Below are positions 1 through 13,221 of a DNA stretch of 46,625 nt, piece by piece (within the stretch, counting starts at the first letter, position 1; each line of letters opens with the position of its first letter). The notes beneath the pieces are model-generated. The model had not been told where the DNA came from. It saw only the letters and a list, made by a program, of their open reading frames with translations, and did not search any database. Origin of the DNA: Jimgerdemannia flammicorona (taxonomy: Eukaryota); NCBI GenBank assembly GCA_003990765.1, contig RBNJ01000053.1, positions 1-46,625 on the forward strand, in the 5' to 3' direction. The position numbers and the translations under genes were made by a program.

Positions 1-45
<45 letters not shown>

Positions 46-249
46 GAATGGGGAATGGAATCATCTGTGTGATGTGCCTTGACATGGTCATCAAGGTCAA
101 TTGTGATGTGTTGTGATTGTTCAAATCTGTGTAAATTTGAGTTAATAGATCCTAATGTCACTCTGACAATTTTCTCTCCTCACTCCTCTCTTCCACCTGG
201 CAAAAACAAAAAACAAAAAACAAAAACAATAAACAAAATATATATATAT

Positions 250-1721
250 TGTAACAGTGACCCCAGAATGATGACATCAGCACAGAAGACAGCCTTTCCT
301 TACATGCCACCAGATCGGAGTACAAGAAGATCATATGGCATACGAGATGAGCAATGATGACCAACTGTGAGTCATTGTGACCACAGTACAAGCATCCTGA
401 AGAATATAAAAGAAGGATCAAGGAACTGCAGTAGCAGTAATCAACAAGAACCACCAATCCCAAAATAGCTCAAAGACTTACCACAAATGAAATGCCTGCT
501 GTCTGCCAAACCTCAAGGTCAAGGAATCACCAAGGTATCTCGGTCGAGGAAAGGATGTTCTAAGACATCAGAAGAGCCATGAGGACCCACTCAAGAAGGA
601 CTTCTAGTGTCAACCTGGGTACTGCAGACCCTTATCACTTCATTCTCTACCACCATGAAATGGAAACAAGGATCACTATTGCTACCGAATGTCTCCAAAT
701 GTGGCAGGAGTACGAAATAGGAAACCTCCTCTGCCGGGAGTTCCAACAAGCCAGCACCCAAGAGCTACAAGATGCCACTTCCATGGATATAAGCGAAACA
801 AGGACAGCTAAGAAGATCCATCAGATCTTCAGGCATGCACCATGGTCGATCCCCAACTTGGAGTATATTAGTGTCTCAGACTTCAGAGACCTATCATCCC
901 ACCATATCAATGTACTAGAAGCCAGGGTAGCTACAGAAGCCTGGTCCACTATCACTCTCAACAGTAAAGAAGTAGAAGACTTCTGGTACCCTATCCTTCA
1001 GGACAACCCAGACCAATTTCTGCAAGGATTGATCTCAGTATTCCAAGGCCCAAGCATAGAAGTTAGACCTCCCCAAGACCCCACATTTGTTCCCTATTTT
1101 GTGGAAGAGAACCTCATAGACTGGAGAGCTCCAGATCTTGTTCCCAATTTTCCCGCCATAGCCAAATATGATGACATCATCAGCGATGACGTCATCCTGT
1201 GTGACATAACTGAAGCACGCAAAGAATGTGAAACATGCGACCTGCATGACGAATTCATGGATCTCATCTCCTTCAGTGATGATGATGATGATGAGGATGA
1301 AGCTCCCATGGTCCTGAACTTTCTGCTCTAAGTTCTGTGTTACACTGGATAATGTCAGCACCGGTATTCTGAGGTGATGCAAAATTGTTCCAGTACCAGC
1401 ATTTTGATGTGACACTAAATAATGCCAGCATCCTGAACCTGTACAACTATCAGTACTGACTCTGGAACTTAGTAGTTTTAGTTATTGGAATTTATATTTA
1501 GCTTTATATTTTAGCAACCATTGAATTGTATTTTGTATAAATACCCCTCTTATTTCATCTGAAATAAAGTCAGTTCTGGTTTCACTTATACACACTTCCT
1601 TGCAAGCAATCTAAGAGATAACAAGACAGTTAAAGATAAGAATTTTGAGGACTATAAGATCTTGTGAAGGTACTCCAATAAGAACTTGCTTATAATAACT
1701 TGAGTTAGTCTAAGAGATACA
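250..1721 (+). repeat. 5' LTR of element 1 (right end uncertain: GTTACA at 1344 or GATACA at 1721)
   Basis: The first 106 bp match 7440-7545 with 7 mismatches. GTATAAATACCCC (~1536) and AATAAA (~1563) favour the longer boundary. No convincing primer-binding site found. Confidence 0.6.
579..1331 (+). CDS. 250-aa ORF of unknown function within the 5' LTR/leader region of element 1
   Basis: Uninterrupted ATG-TAA ORF with protein-like composition and an acidic C-terminus (DDDDDEDE). No family recognised. Confidence 0.45.
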   Translation: MRTHSRRTSSVNLGTADPYHFILYHHEMETRITIATECLQMWQEYEIGNLLCREFQQASTQELQDATSMDISETRTAKKIHQIFRHAPWSIPNLEYISVSDFRDLSSHHINVLEARVATEAWSTITLNSKEVEDFWYPILQDNPDQFLQGLISVFQGPSIEVRPPQDPTFVPYFVEENLIDWRAPDLVPNFPAIAKYDDIISDDVILCDITEARKECETCDLHDEFMDLISFSDDDDDEDEAPMVLNFLL

Positions 1722-1898
1722 CCTTGAAGAGAATCTGGCATATTTGAAGAACTCAGCAACCACTACATGACAACTTCATACCCATTGGCTGGTGATTCAA
1801 GATAAATCCCTCACTTTCAAGCTGAAAAACAAACAACCCCCACAACAACTACCCTGACTACAAGAGTCACCCCTGCAAGAATTCAAGATAAGATAGAA

Positions 1899-4800
1899 AT
1901 GTATCCCCCCACATTCTATGGATATACTACTAAAGAGTCAATCCTGACCTTCATTGAAGACTTTGAACAATTTGCCACCATATGAGCCATTGGTTTGGAT
2001 GCTCAATTGGCCCTTCTATCAGTCAGCCTCAGTGGACCTGCCAGAGATAAGTTTAATCAAGCCACTATTGCTGGTGCTGATGCAGTCAAACTTACCAACA
2101 TGAAGGTCTTCCTCAGAACAATATATTATACTGAAGAGCTCAAGCAAGCTCTCAAGGATCAACTCAATACTATCTGCCAGAGACTTAGTAAAGATCCCAA
2201 CTCATTCTATATCTGAATCTGCCACCAGATTGTCTTGGCTGGCTATGATGATACCCTTAAGGAACAAATAGCAGATTCAACCTTCCTCAAAGGAGTTCAC
2301 CCTGAAATTGCCCTAGCAATCTGGTCTACCCCAGCTGCACTGACTCTTGATCAGAAAGTGGTCTTTGCACAGAGATATTGTACTGCCAGACACTCTGCCA
2401 AATACTCAATGGAGAAAATAACTGACATCAAGATGGAGCCATCAAAGCTAACTAAACAGACAACCAACCCCACCTACCCCCAAGACAGCCAAAGCTGACC
2501 CAGTGGAAGAACTTGCCAAGCAGTTTGCTAAGATGACTGCACACCTTGGTAATGTTGTTAGAGAAGTCTGAAGTGCCAACAGAAGACCAGTGCAGAATTT
2601 GAAGCTGCTACAGAAGAATGCAATATCACATGCTTCAGATGTGGAGAAGAAGGCCACTATGCAAAGAGTTGCATGACCAAAATGAGATGCAAAGCCCAAC
2701 CAAGCAATGCTAGCAGAATCAGAGAACAAACCAATGCAGTAGTCATCAAGGAGATCAGTGACACTGATGATGAAGAATACTACAAGGAGCTCAAATTCTT
2801 CCCTGCTACTGAAGGTACCAGAACCCAGTCCAAGCCCTATGACAAGAAGAGCAACAGCAAGCCAGTTGGAAGACCAAAGAAGACTCCAGCTGTCACTATT
2901 CAAAGCAAGACCCAACCTGAGAAGATTGATCAAGACATGGAGTTAGATGAAGCTGCCTGCCAAATTATCGAAGACACTACTTCAGTCTCAGGAGAAAGCG
3001 AGAGCAAGAAGGAACAGAAGCTGCACAAGACCAAGATCCACCAGTATGACATCTACAAGGACCTCAAGGAACAGAAGGTCAATGCCACTTTTGGGCAGCT
3101 AGCTGAAGTTCCTGCCTTCAGACAGCAGTTGAGAGTAGGACTTGCAACTACTGCCAAGAATCAAGAGTACAAGATCATAGAAGCTCACAATGCACAAGAA
3201 GAATCTGAGAACTCAGGTGAAGAATCCGAAGACCAGCACAAGACATCAGCCTATACCACCTGCCAGATTGAAGACTGTATCTTTGATGCCATCATTGATA
3301 CTGGTGCTGGAGGATGCCTCATGAGCAAGAAGGCAATTGACCACCTAGGTTGGGACATTGAAGAGTTCACTAAGATGGTCTATGTCACAGCAGATGGTAT
3401 ACAAGCTACCCCCCTTGGCAAAATCTGAGAAGTCCCCATCAAGATAGGAGGAGCTACCATCCCAGTAGATATGATTATTACAAGCACCACCAACTATAAC
3501 ATCCTCATTGGCAACCAATGGCTTCACAAGGCTATGGCTATCATTGACCTCAATGCCCAGAAGATGCACATCAACTACAGAGGAAGAAAGGTATGAGTTT
3601 CTATCAATGTCCACAAAGGAGTCCTGCCAGACATGGATGAAGGAGATGAAGAAGACACAGAGGTCTTCATGCACTTGGTGAACAAGAACAAGAACAAGAC
3701 ACTCAAGCTCACAGATGAGTAGTGATATAACAAGATCATCGATGGGTATGCCCCTCAAGGAAGATGCCTCCATGGTACTAGAATGTACTGCTCCGAACAC
3801 CTGAATGACTGCTGGTCCTATATCAGTGAAGTCAAAAAATCTGCCAACAGAAATATGAGCAAGAAGCCACTGAAGCAAAAAGGAAAGCTGAAGAAGATGA
3901 CCAGCCCCCAGAGCTTCAAGCTGACAGTGACAATGAGGAGGAACAAGAATCAGACATCACCCTCAAGGTCAAGAAGTTTCACCCTGAAGCCAAGATCCCA
4001 GAATACAAGACTGAAGGAGCCATAGGAATGGACCTTGCCAGCATCCAAGATGCTACTCTTAAACCACAGATCACTACCATACTTGGCACTGAAATTGGAG
4101 TCAAGTTGCCAGAAAACCATGCCAGAATTATCAAGACCAGGAGCAGTCTGGCCAAAAGCGAAATCTCAGTTGAAGGAGGAGTAATTGACCCTGATTACAC
4201 TGGCGAGATTTTTCTCATAGTCAGAAATCACAACCACACCACTCCCTTCAAAGTCAAGAAGCATGACAGGATTGGCCAGATACTGATCCACGAAATAAAG
4301 AAGCCCAAGATCATAGAAGCCACTGAACTTATTAAGAACAAGAGAGAATAACAAGACTTTGGATCTACTGGAAGAGGAGCCTATACTGTAACCAAGATTA
4401 CTGAACTTGAGCACAAGAAAGACAAGGATCAGAACAAGCACACATATACCATTGGAGAAAACTTTCCCCTGGAGGAACAACTTCTCAAGATCCTGTACCA
4501 GAATGAAGGAGTACTTGCTACAGACATTAGGAATATCCACAATCAAGAACCCAAGTACTATCACAAAGTTGACACTTGTGATACCAAGCCTATCTATTAG
4601 AAAGCCAGACCCATACCACCTGCCTACAGAGAGTGGCTGCAAGCCAAACTCAAGGAAATGGAAGAAGTTGGAATCATCAAGCAAGCTATCAGCCCCTGGG
4701 CCTCACCCATTGTCCTTGCCCTGAAGAAAGGAAGTAAGCCTAGAGAGTTTGCATCAAGACTCTGCATTGACTACTGGAAACTCAATGCCATTACCAAGAA

Positions 4801-7127
4801 GAATAGGTAGCCCTTGTCAAATATTCAAGAAATCCTTACCACCCTTGGAAGCAAAGCCAAATACTACATCACCTTGGATCTGTTCTCAGGCTTCTATCAG
4901 ATTGGTCTCACTCAAGATGCCAGTGAGAAATCAGCCTTCATCATACCTGATGCCACCTATATCTATCTGTGAATGCCATTTAGAATGTGCAATGCACCAG
5001 CAAGTTTCCAGCAAATGATGAACAGAGTTTTCGGCAATGAGATTGGAAAATGGCTCTTTGTCTATATTGATGATATGATCATCTTCAGCAACACTGCATG
5101 GGAACATATCAATCACATACAGCTAGCCCTCAAGAGGCTCAAGGAGCATGGCCTCTACATCAAGCCCAAGAAATGCAAGTTTGCAGCTCAAGAAATTGCC
5201 TACCTAGGACACCTCATCAACCAGACTGAAATCCACACAGACCTCATGAAGATCGAGGCTGTTGCAGCCTACCCAAGACCCAGAACAACTACAGAAGTCC
5301 ATGCCTTCCTTGGACTGTCCAGCTACTACAGAAGATTCATCAAAGGATACTCCAATATTGCAGCACCTATCTACGAGCTACTGAAGAAGGAGACCAAATT
5401 CAAATAGACCAAGGAGTGCCAAGAAACCTTCAATGAACTCAAGACCAGGTTGACCCAAGCACCCATCCTCAGAAGACCAGACTGGAACCTAGAATTCATC
5501 CTGCAGACAGACATGAGTGCTATAGGACTTGGAGCAGTCCTAGCTCAGAAGAAAGATGGACATGAATATGTCATCTCCTATGCAAGCCGAGGTACTCGCA
5601 GAGTGGAACAGAACTACAAGTCATGCAAGCTTGAATGCTTAGCAGTAGTTTGAGCAGTAGACAAGTTCTACTACTACCTAGCTGGAAAACACTTCACCAT
5701 TCAAACAGACCATTCTGCTCTTGCCTGGTTATTCCACACTCTGAACCCCAAAGGAATATATACCAGATGGATCTACAGGCTGCAAGAGTATGACTGTACT
5801 GTCAAGCACTGCTCAGGAAAGACCAACACCAATGCTAATACACTCTCAAGGACATCCTGAAATACTCCCATCAAGACTACTCAACATAAATAAGAAGCTA
5901 TACTATGGATTAATCAGCTACCTTAGGCAGCAGAAGATACCCAACCACCTCGAACCCTGGACAATCACCATCATCAACTGGACTTGGAAACAGTTTGAAT
6001 TAGACAACACTATACTCAGAAAAGGAGGAAAGCTAGTAATACCTGAACACAAGAAGTATCAAGTAATGAAGGAAGAGCAAGAATACTTAGGAGGAACCAA
6101 CACATACAACAAGACAAGAAGAACTATGTGGTGGCCTAAGATGGAAGAAGACCTGTGTCAATTTGTCAAAGAGTGTGACAAGTGCCAAAAACAGAAACAA
6201 GATCAGCAAGATCAGGCATCTGGATCATCAAGAATTGAGCCTATCCCCTTCTACCACATTGCAATAGATATCATTGGACCACTACCAGTAATACTATCAG
6301 GAAACTGCTATATTATAGTTATTGTAGACCTCTTCACCAAATGGATAGAGGCAGGAGCATTACAAGAAGTGAATGCCCTCTCTATAGTTGACTTCCTATA
6401 CCGAGAAATCATCTGCCACTACAGGACACTAAAGCAAATCACAACAGACTGTGGTACAGAATTTTTCAATGAATTCCATGAGATAATGTATCAGAAATAC
6501 AAGATCCAGCACATCAAGACCACTATGTACCACCCTCAAGGAAATGGACAGACAGAGAGAATCAACAAGACCCTCAAGAACATCCTAGCAAAGATCTCAG
6601 AGACATATGAGAATTGGGTTAACTATCTCCCAACTGCCCTCTCTGTTCTACGAGATATATAGTCACAGAGTACACATTTTACCCCAAGAGAGCTGCTCTT
6701 CAGAGAAGAAGATTCTGATGGAACCTCAGCCACAAATCTAGACCTAACTTGGAGACAGATTGATGCAGAAATCCTGAGACTACACCAAATTAGGAAGAAG
6801 GCTGAAGATTACATCACTAAGTCAAAAGTGCTGACAAGGAAGAATGCAGAAAAGAATCACAAGGCCCTAGAACCCATTTGAATCAGAGAAAAGGTTCTAC
6901 TGTATTGAAATATGGTAGAAGCCTCATGATCACGAAAACTGGAGCCCAAATGAGAAGGACCCTTCTATGTGCAAGATATCAAGGGAACTACCTTCTGGCT
7001 TAGAAAAATCTCAGGGACCATACTGTCTACCATGGTACATAGGAACAGACTCAAGAAGTACTATAAACCCATACAAGAGAAGCAAAACATGATGACCACC
7101 TGCGAGGTTCTAGTCTGCAAATCATAA
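1899..7127 (+). pseudogene. gag-pol of element 1, broken by many stops and frameshifts
   Basis: Gag-like MYPPTFYG...FIEDFEQF. CCHC knuckle CFRCGEEGHYAKSC at 2631-2672. Protease IIDTGA ~3291. RT YIDD at 5063-5074. RNase H FILQTDMSAIGLGAVL ~5494. Integrase DIIGPLP / TDCGTEF / YHPQGNGQTERINKTLK. GPF motif ~6957. Confidence 0.95.
3959..4371 (+). pseudogene. dUTPase domain between protease and RT of element 1
   Basis: Trimeric dUTPase motifs in order: GMDL, RSSLA, GGVIDPDYTGEI, DRIGQ, and R..*QDFGSTG (motif 5, interrupted by a stop at 4349-4351). Confidence 0.93.
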
Positions 7128-7439
7128 CAGCATGTCCCGTGACCAGCAGGCTATCTATCTGGACCATTCCCTAAGGGATATGGTACTGGCAACTACTCAT
7201 CCATGAGACTTTTGCAGTCAGAGGAGTTCAAACCATCAACTGATTGGTCAAGATCAGAATCAGGCCCTTGCTCTATATGAAGGGAGCAACTCTTCACCAT
7301 ATACCAAAATACAAAGAGAAGATGCCAGTCCATAAATACCAGTTTTTGACCACTTGTTAGAGGTTATGAGATCAACAAATTTTTCAGGACTGGACCAATG
7401 AATAAGGACACTCAGGAAGATCCTTATTCAGGAGGAAGA

Positions 7440-7545
7440 TGTAACGGTGACCCCAGAATGATGATATCAGCACAGGAGACAGCCTTTCCTTACAAGCCAC
7501 CAGATCGGAGCACAAGAAGATTATATGGCATACAAGATGAGCAAT
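7440..7545 (+). repeat. Surviving start of the 3' LTR of element 1
   Basis: 99/106 identical to 250-355 by manual alignment. Preceded by a polypurine tract. Confidence 0.92.
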
Positions 7546-10500
7546 TGTAAGTGCACAACCTCCAAGCCACCAAAATCGCATGGTATCCTCAGAACTAATT
7601 CGGAAACCACATGCGAGACTACAAAACAAGAGATCATCTGGTTACACAAAATATGCCAGCAAGCATGAGAACCCACTACCAAGATACAAGAATACTAGAA
7701 GAAGTACTACAACTATAAGACTGACTCTGAACTGCTATAGCTAGTTTGGTGTACTGTACTATTACAAAAGAAACCAAAAGTACCAAACTCAAATCAAGAC
7801 AAGAAGAACCCTATCTCACCTATTAAAAGGTTCACGAACTGCACTTATCAACTCAAGACCAAGATATACCGTAACTATACAAGAGCTCATTACTTAGCAG
7901 AAGCAAAATGCATTTGAACAACTCTGTTCGCTTTATCTGTGTCACCTCCATTAGAGAGTGATGGACGCTTCATCTGAACTCAAGAAAGCTGATGATGTCG
8001 AAACCAATCTCAAGCCATCCATGTGACAGATATTACTACTAGAAATTGTCTCAGATTACAGAAAATATCATTTCCGAGAGGTTCGAACCCCCAGCCACGA
8101 CATTGGGAGCCCTTGCCCTAGACGAGAATGGCCAGTCCTCGCAAATGTGCCAGCAGACCAAAAAAAAAAGAGAACCAAGACCTGTGATCCTTGTACAACC
8201 AAGCCACCAAGGATAGCCTTAATCTTGCAAGAGATAGAAGTGATGAGATCTTGAAACTGATAATGTCAGAAGTCAGAAAACTGCTCAGACCTTGCCAGCG
8301 ATGATGTCATCAATAGTGATGTCATCAAAGACTAACCAGACAGCACCTAAATCTATAAATAGCCTAGCAGTCATAGTATAGTTAGATTAGTATTGTACGA
8401 TGTGACTGTGAACTGACTCAGTAGTCAGACGATCTTTTAACATGTCAGATCACACTTATACTACGTGACTGCATTCCGACTCAGCAAGGCACTTAGTGCT
8501 ACATCCATATCTAGCATAGTCCAGATAGCCCCTCACTGAGTATCAATATCCCGCCCAACTCTCACCGAGCTGTGACGCCCATGTTTCATGGGGCGCCATC
8601 TCACGAGTATAAATACCCCCTCTCTCAGACCTCAGAATCTCAGACTTGAACAATCCGAACACAACTCCTGAGCACTTCCCTACAATACCCCTTCACACAA
8701 ATACTCCTAGTATAGCAATATCATGAATAGCAAATAAACCTATTCCATAATCCACAAACTACTCTTAAGTAAATCAGCTCTCTGTTAGGTCCTACTCCTA
8801 ACCCCGTTATGAAATTTCCTAATTGGGTGTTGTCTGCAGCGATACGCCAATTCAACTAAGCTGGTCTTAATTTCTTAAACTTCCTGAAATATGGAAAATC
8901 CTGAACATCCAGAACTAGTCCGGAAAAGGACTTTGGTTGAGACGTCAACCCGATCTTGAAATCAATAAGCATAGAGGATGTACTCCATATGAAATTGATC
9001 TTGACCATAAGAAAACGGTCTTCCAGAATATCCAGAACTTCCAGAAAACCCTTCCAGAACTATGTAATGGTCACCCTAAAAAGTAACCCTCTTACAAATA
9101 TAGACTCTCAAAAAGTATGAGCTCTCAAGAATATTCCCATCCCTACTACTCTCAAGTTACTCCAGTGCTTTCTGAGTATTGTAGGTTACTAATTCAAGAA
9201 TACTCTGCTATTGCAGCCCCACTAACTAGTCTGGTCCACAAATGAGTAAATATCAAGACTAAATAGACTTCTGAGTATACTCAGACTATAGACTATCTCA
9301 AAAGACTTCTTACTGAGACCCCAGTGCTAATTGCACCTAACTCTACTAGGCTATTCACTCTGACTACAGATGCCTCTGATATTGCCATTAGGGTAGTACT
9401 TAGCCAAGAAGATCACCTAGTAGCCTATCTCTCTCAAAAGCTCAAGTTAGCCAAGATTCAATATATTATCTATAAGAAAGAACTTCTGGCTATTGTCACT
9501 GTACTCCAGGATTAGCACCATTTCCTTCTAGGACAACTATTTATAGTCTATACTATCAATATACTCTATAGTATATTCATATATAGCTTATGCTAATCTA
9601 CAGATAAGTCAGTTAGATGGAAATCATTACTAACTTTGATATTGAAATAAAGTATATTCCAGGCAAAACCAACTGTATGACTGATTGTTTCTCCAGATAT
9701 ATAGAAGATTAACTTGTCTTCATAATAGAGGTAATTGGAGACCTCACTCAGATTATCAAAGATAGCTACCAACAGACAGCCCCCTGGTGAATTTTCTTCA
9801 ATTTTGTCAAAACCCAGAGGCCAAAGTCTCAGAATCCATGATGCAAATATTCAAAAAAAATTCACTTACCATAATAGACTTATCTATAGAGACTATAATA
9901 GAGTGATTATACCCAATAATTATACTCTACAGTTCAAAATTATGTAGGAACTTCATGATACTTCTGCAGCAAAATACTTTAGTTTTGAAAAGACCTACAA
10001 TCTCCTCTTAAGAGAGTTCTACTTGCTAAAGATGACCAAGAATATCAAAGATTTCATGGTCTTATATGATATATGCTAAATATTCAAAAGTAATAATAAG
10101 TTACCAGTAGGACTTCTGCAATCTCTACCTATCTTTAGTTATAACTGGAATTAGATTACTATGAACTTCATTATCCAGCTCCCCAAGACCAAAGCAGAAT
10201 GGAATACCATTGTAGTATTTGTAGACTATCTGAGTAAATAAGCTCATTTTGTACTCACTAAAACCACTGTCACAATACCAGAGATTGCTGAAATCTTTCT
10301 CAACCAAGTATTCAGACTATATGGCATACTCAGTACTATTATATCTGACTGAGATGTCAAGTTTACAAGTAACTTCTGGAAGGCATTCTTCACTCTCTAT
10401 AAAATTAAGCTAAAGCTCCCTACTGTCTACTACTTCTAGACTGATGGTCAGACTGAGTAAACCAACAAAACTCTCAAGCCAATACTCAGCATTTTCTGTT

Positions 10501-11230
10501 GTTACAAACAAAATGATTGAGACAAGTACCTAGCCCATGCCAAGTTTGCCTAATATTAGTCAGCAAACCTTAATAAAGAAGACTCCATTCTTTCTAAACT
10601 ATGGTCAATACCCAAAAACCCTAAGCACTACTGTAAAATCAGTAGTCTCAGCAGCCCAAGATTTGGCCAAGACTATTTCTGACCTTATATGAATGATAAG
10701 GAATGTCCTTACAGAAGAACAGGACTATCAGACCAAGTATACAAACTTAAAGTAAAGGGAAGCCTCCTATAATATTGGTAATATAGTCATGCTTAGAACA
10801 GACCATCTCTACTCAGACACTTTGGCCCAGCAACCATTCAAGAAACTCTGTACAAGAAGAATTGGACCATATAAGATTGTGGAAAAAGTCAGTGAAGTTA
10901 ACTAAAAGTTGTAATATTCAAGTACACCCAGTGTTCCATATCAGCCAACTGGTATACTACTATGTGAACCCATTCCCTGAGTATACAGTTCCACCACCAC
11001 TCCCAATTAGGATCAATGATCATGAGGAATTCAAAATTGGAAAAGTACTTGATCATAGGGTCTGCAAATATACCAAAACAGTCAAGCAGTTCTTCCTCAT
11101 CAAGTGGAAGGGTTACCCCACCCATGATGCCACCTGGGAAAAAGAAGAAGCACTGGAGAATACACATGAAGCTCTTCAGGACTATATGGAAACACTTACC
11201 TCACAGCAGAGGAAGGAGCTGCAGCTCTAA
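7546..11230 (+). mobile_element. Degenerate chromodomain-bearing Ty3/Gypsy (chromovirus-type) element nested in the 3' LTR of element 1; gag, protease and most of RT missing
   Basis: Similarity to the 5' LTR stops at 7545 and new sequence starts TGTAAG. LTR-like TATAAATA at ~8355 and ~8608. RNase H FTLTTDASDIAI ~9354. Integrase relic (FIIQLPKTK, FTSNFWKAFF, TDGQTE). IGPYKIV, VHPVFHISQL and chromodomain FLIKWKGYPTHDATWE in 10861-11230. No 3' LTR seen. 7546-9150 may include more than one fragment. Confidence 0.85.
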
Positions 11231-11788
11231 TAGCTTAGGGCACAGAGCAAATGACAAGATAACATATATTCTATCTGGGATATACAATATCAAGCATTGC
11301 AGGAAAAGAAATACTATAACTAGCCAGTAAGACAAAAGGATTGTTCTGTTGGAGATCTCCTCTGGACCTCACATATAGTTAAACCAGAAGGAAGCGACGT
11401 CGTGGTTCTCTGTTCAAGAACCTTAATTTTTTTATCAACGAGATATGTCTACGGAAATCCGGTAGCGGTATCGTTGGCATCGCAGGACGTAAGCGCCTAT
11501 ATTAGGGCCTATTTGTCATTGGTTGGACATCTGCACCTGGCACAATAAACCGAGTAGTCGCGTGGAAAAGAAATCGGCTGGTGAGTAGGCAGGAGCGGGA
11601 GGTGCCCTGTCCGTGATGAATGATGATATGATCGGTCGAGAACTGAGACAGATTAAAAGCCATATTATGTTTCCCAAACTCTCATCAACACGAGGGTATC
11701 GGAAAAAAAATAAAAATAAAAATAAAAATAGACAATGACAATAGGCGTGGTATCATTATGGGCTAATAGGCAAAACTGTTATATATAT

Positions 11789-12956
11789 TGTAACGTGCCC
11801 GGCTCAATGGAGGCAAATTACAAGGTTGGGGGTTGGTGTAGTTTGGCTTGAGCCCCCAGTTACTTTGTCAAAAAGCAACAAAATGTTCTAAGATTCCTGA
11901 GTGTATAGTGGTATAATAGTCAAAGCTGGATATCTGTGAGCGATTTCCTTATTGGGAGGGGTTCTTGGGTGTAGCGGCGATCTTGTGTATGTGGCGGACG
12001 GTTTTGGTGTAGCACGACGATCTCGGTGTAGCGTGACGTTCTCCAAAAGTATACGATTTCTGCGTGACGATCTCTTGTGTAGCGCAGCGATCTCCTTATG
12101 CGTGACGGTCTGGCAATTTAACGGGTTCCTTATGCGGTTTTGCGTGACGATCTTGTTTCCAAAAGTATGCGGTTTCTGGCGGATGACTCGATTTGGCGCG
12201 GATTCACTGGGAATAGAGGGTGGCGCGGATTCCTCCCGAATCGGCGGCTCACTGGGAACGGATGAATAACTCGGACGATGCGGATAATTCGGGTAACTCG
12301 GATAACTCGGATGTCGCGGATTCTTCCTGAATCGGCGGGCTTTCTGGGAATAATAACTGGCGGCGGATAACTCAATAACTCGGGTTCTTGGCAAGTTACG
12401 TCAAAGACTGGCTTCGTTTGCGCGGGGTTACGTCGTAGACTGGCTCCACTGCGAAGTTGCGTCAGAAGACTGGCTTGTGGCAAGTTTCCTTCAAAAGGCG
12501 GCGAAGTTCTTCCTTGAACTTTGGCGGCAAATCTTCAGGCTTATCTAGCAAGCGAACCAAGGCTTTGTATCGGAAAGTGGACCGGAGTGGAAAAGGAGAC
12601 CAATGCTCACAATCTCCTAACAGTAGCTGTAGAGTTCCTCTCAAAGTGTGGTAGGCAGACTTGTCTTTTGCTTTTGGATTCAATTTCGGACTGGGGTTTA
12701 TTCACTCTTGTCTCTGGGGTATTTTATACATTGTGGTTGCTATCTGGTTACTATGTTGCTAATTATAGATTGCTATCTATGGCAGGTGTGCTGGTTCAGC
12801 ACAGGTGTGCAGGTTCAGCATAAGTATACCTTATCTGGTAGTCTAGCTATTTATACAGTTTTCCGCAGCAATGGTTGCTGTGTCAGGTTACTTATGCTAT
12901 GTGTTCACTTCATCTGACCAAGTTACAATTCGAGTGGTACGATTTGGTTTGTCACA
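11789..12956 (-). mobile_element. Probable solo LTR (1168 bp)
   Basis: TG...CA termini (TGTAAC / GTCACA) flanked by ATATAT on both sides. The paralogous empty site is visible at ~30161-30190 (taaactaatttatatatgttaaaatctgcc). TATA-like and AATAAA motifs on the minus strand. A related copy starts at 37708. Confidence 0.85.
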
Positions 12957-13221
12957 ATATATGTTAGAATCTGTCCAAATGAGTTGCCCATTACACCTCG
13001 TTTCCGCCTATGTTAATGACTACAGAGGACCACATACGCGTATTGTCGGCTAGAAACTAAACCTATTAATGCAAAACATTGTGCGCTCCATTTTTACATC
13101 CAATCATACAACAGGAGTTTTTACTCTCCGTGCTTCGGCTAGAGAGCTGGCCCCCTTTCCGCCAATGTGATTGACTACAGGAAACAAACCTACAAATGCA
13201 AAAATATAATCTGCTCCATTT

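Larger units (their letters stand above)
250..7545 (+). mobile_element. Decayed Ty3/Gypsy LTR retrotransposon (gag-PR-dUTPase-RT-RNaseH-IN); 3' LTR interrupted after 106 bp
   Basis: Direct repeat 250-355 and 7440-7545, both starting TGTAAC. Purine tract GGAGGAAGA lies immediately before 7440. Domain order PR-RT-RH-IN is Ty3/Gypsy type. Confidence 0.95.

Noticed and set aside
1-43. Poly(A) runs (also ~28570, ~37591, ~45660) as retroposon tails or telomere
   Set aside because: No associated target-site duplication or element body. Such homopolymers also occur inside introns here.
1345-1362. CTGGATAATG... as primer-binding site after a GTTACA LTR end
   Set aside because: I could not match it to a tRNA 3' end, and promoter/polyadenylation-like motifs lie downstream. 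The LTR end is left unresolved.
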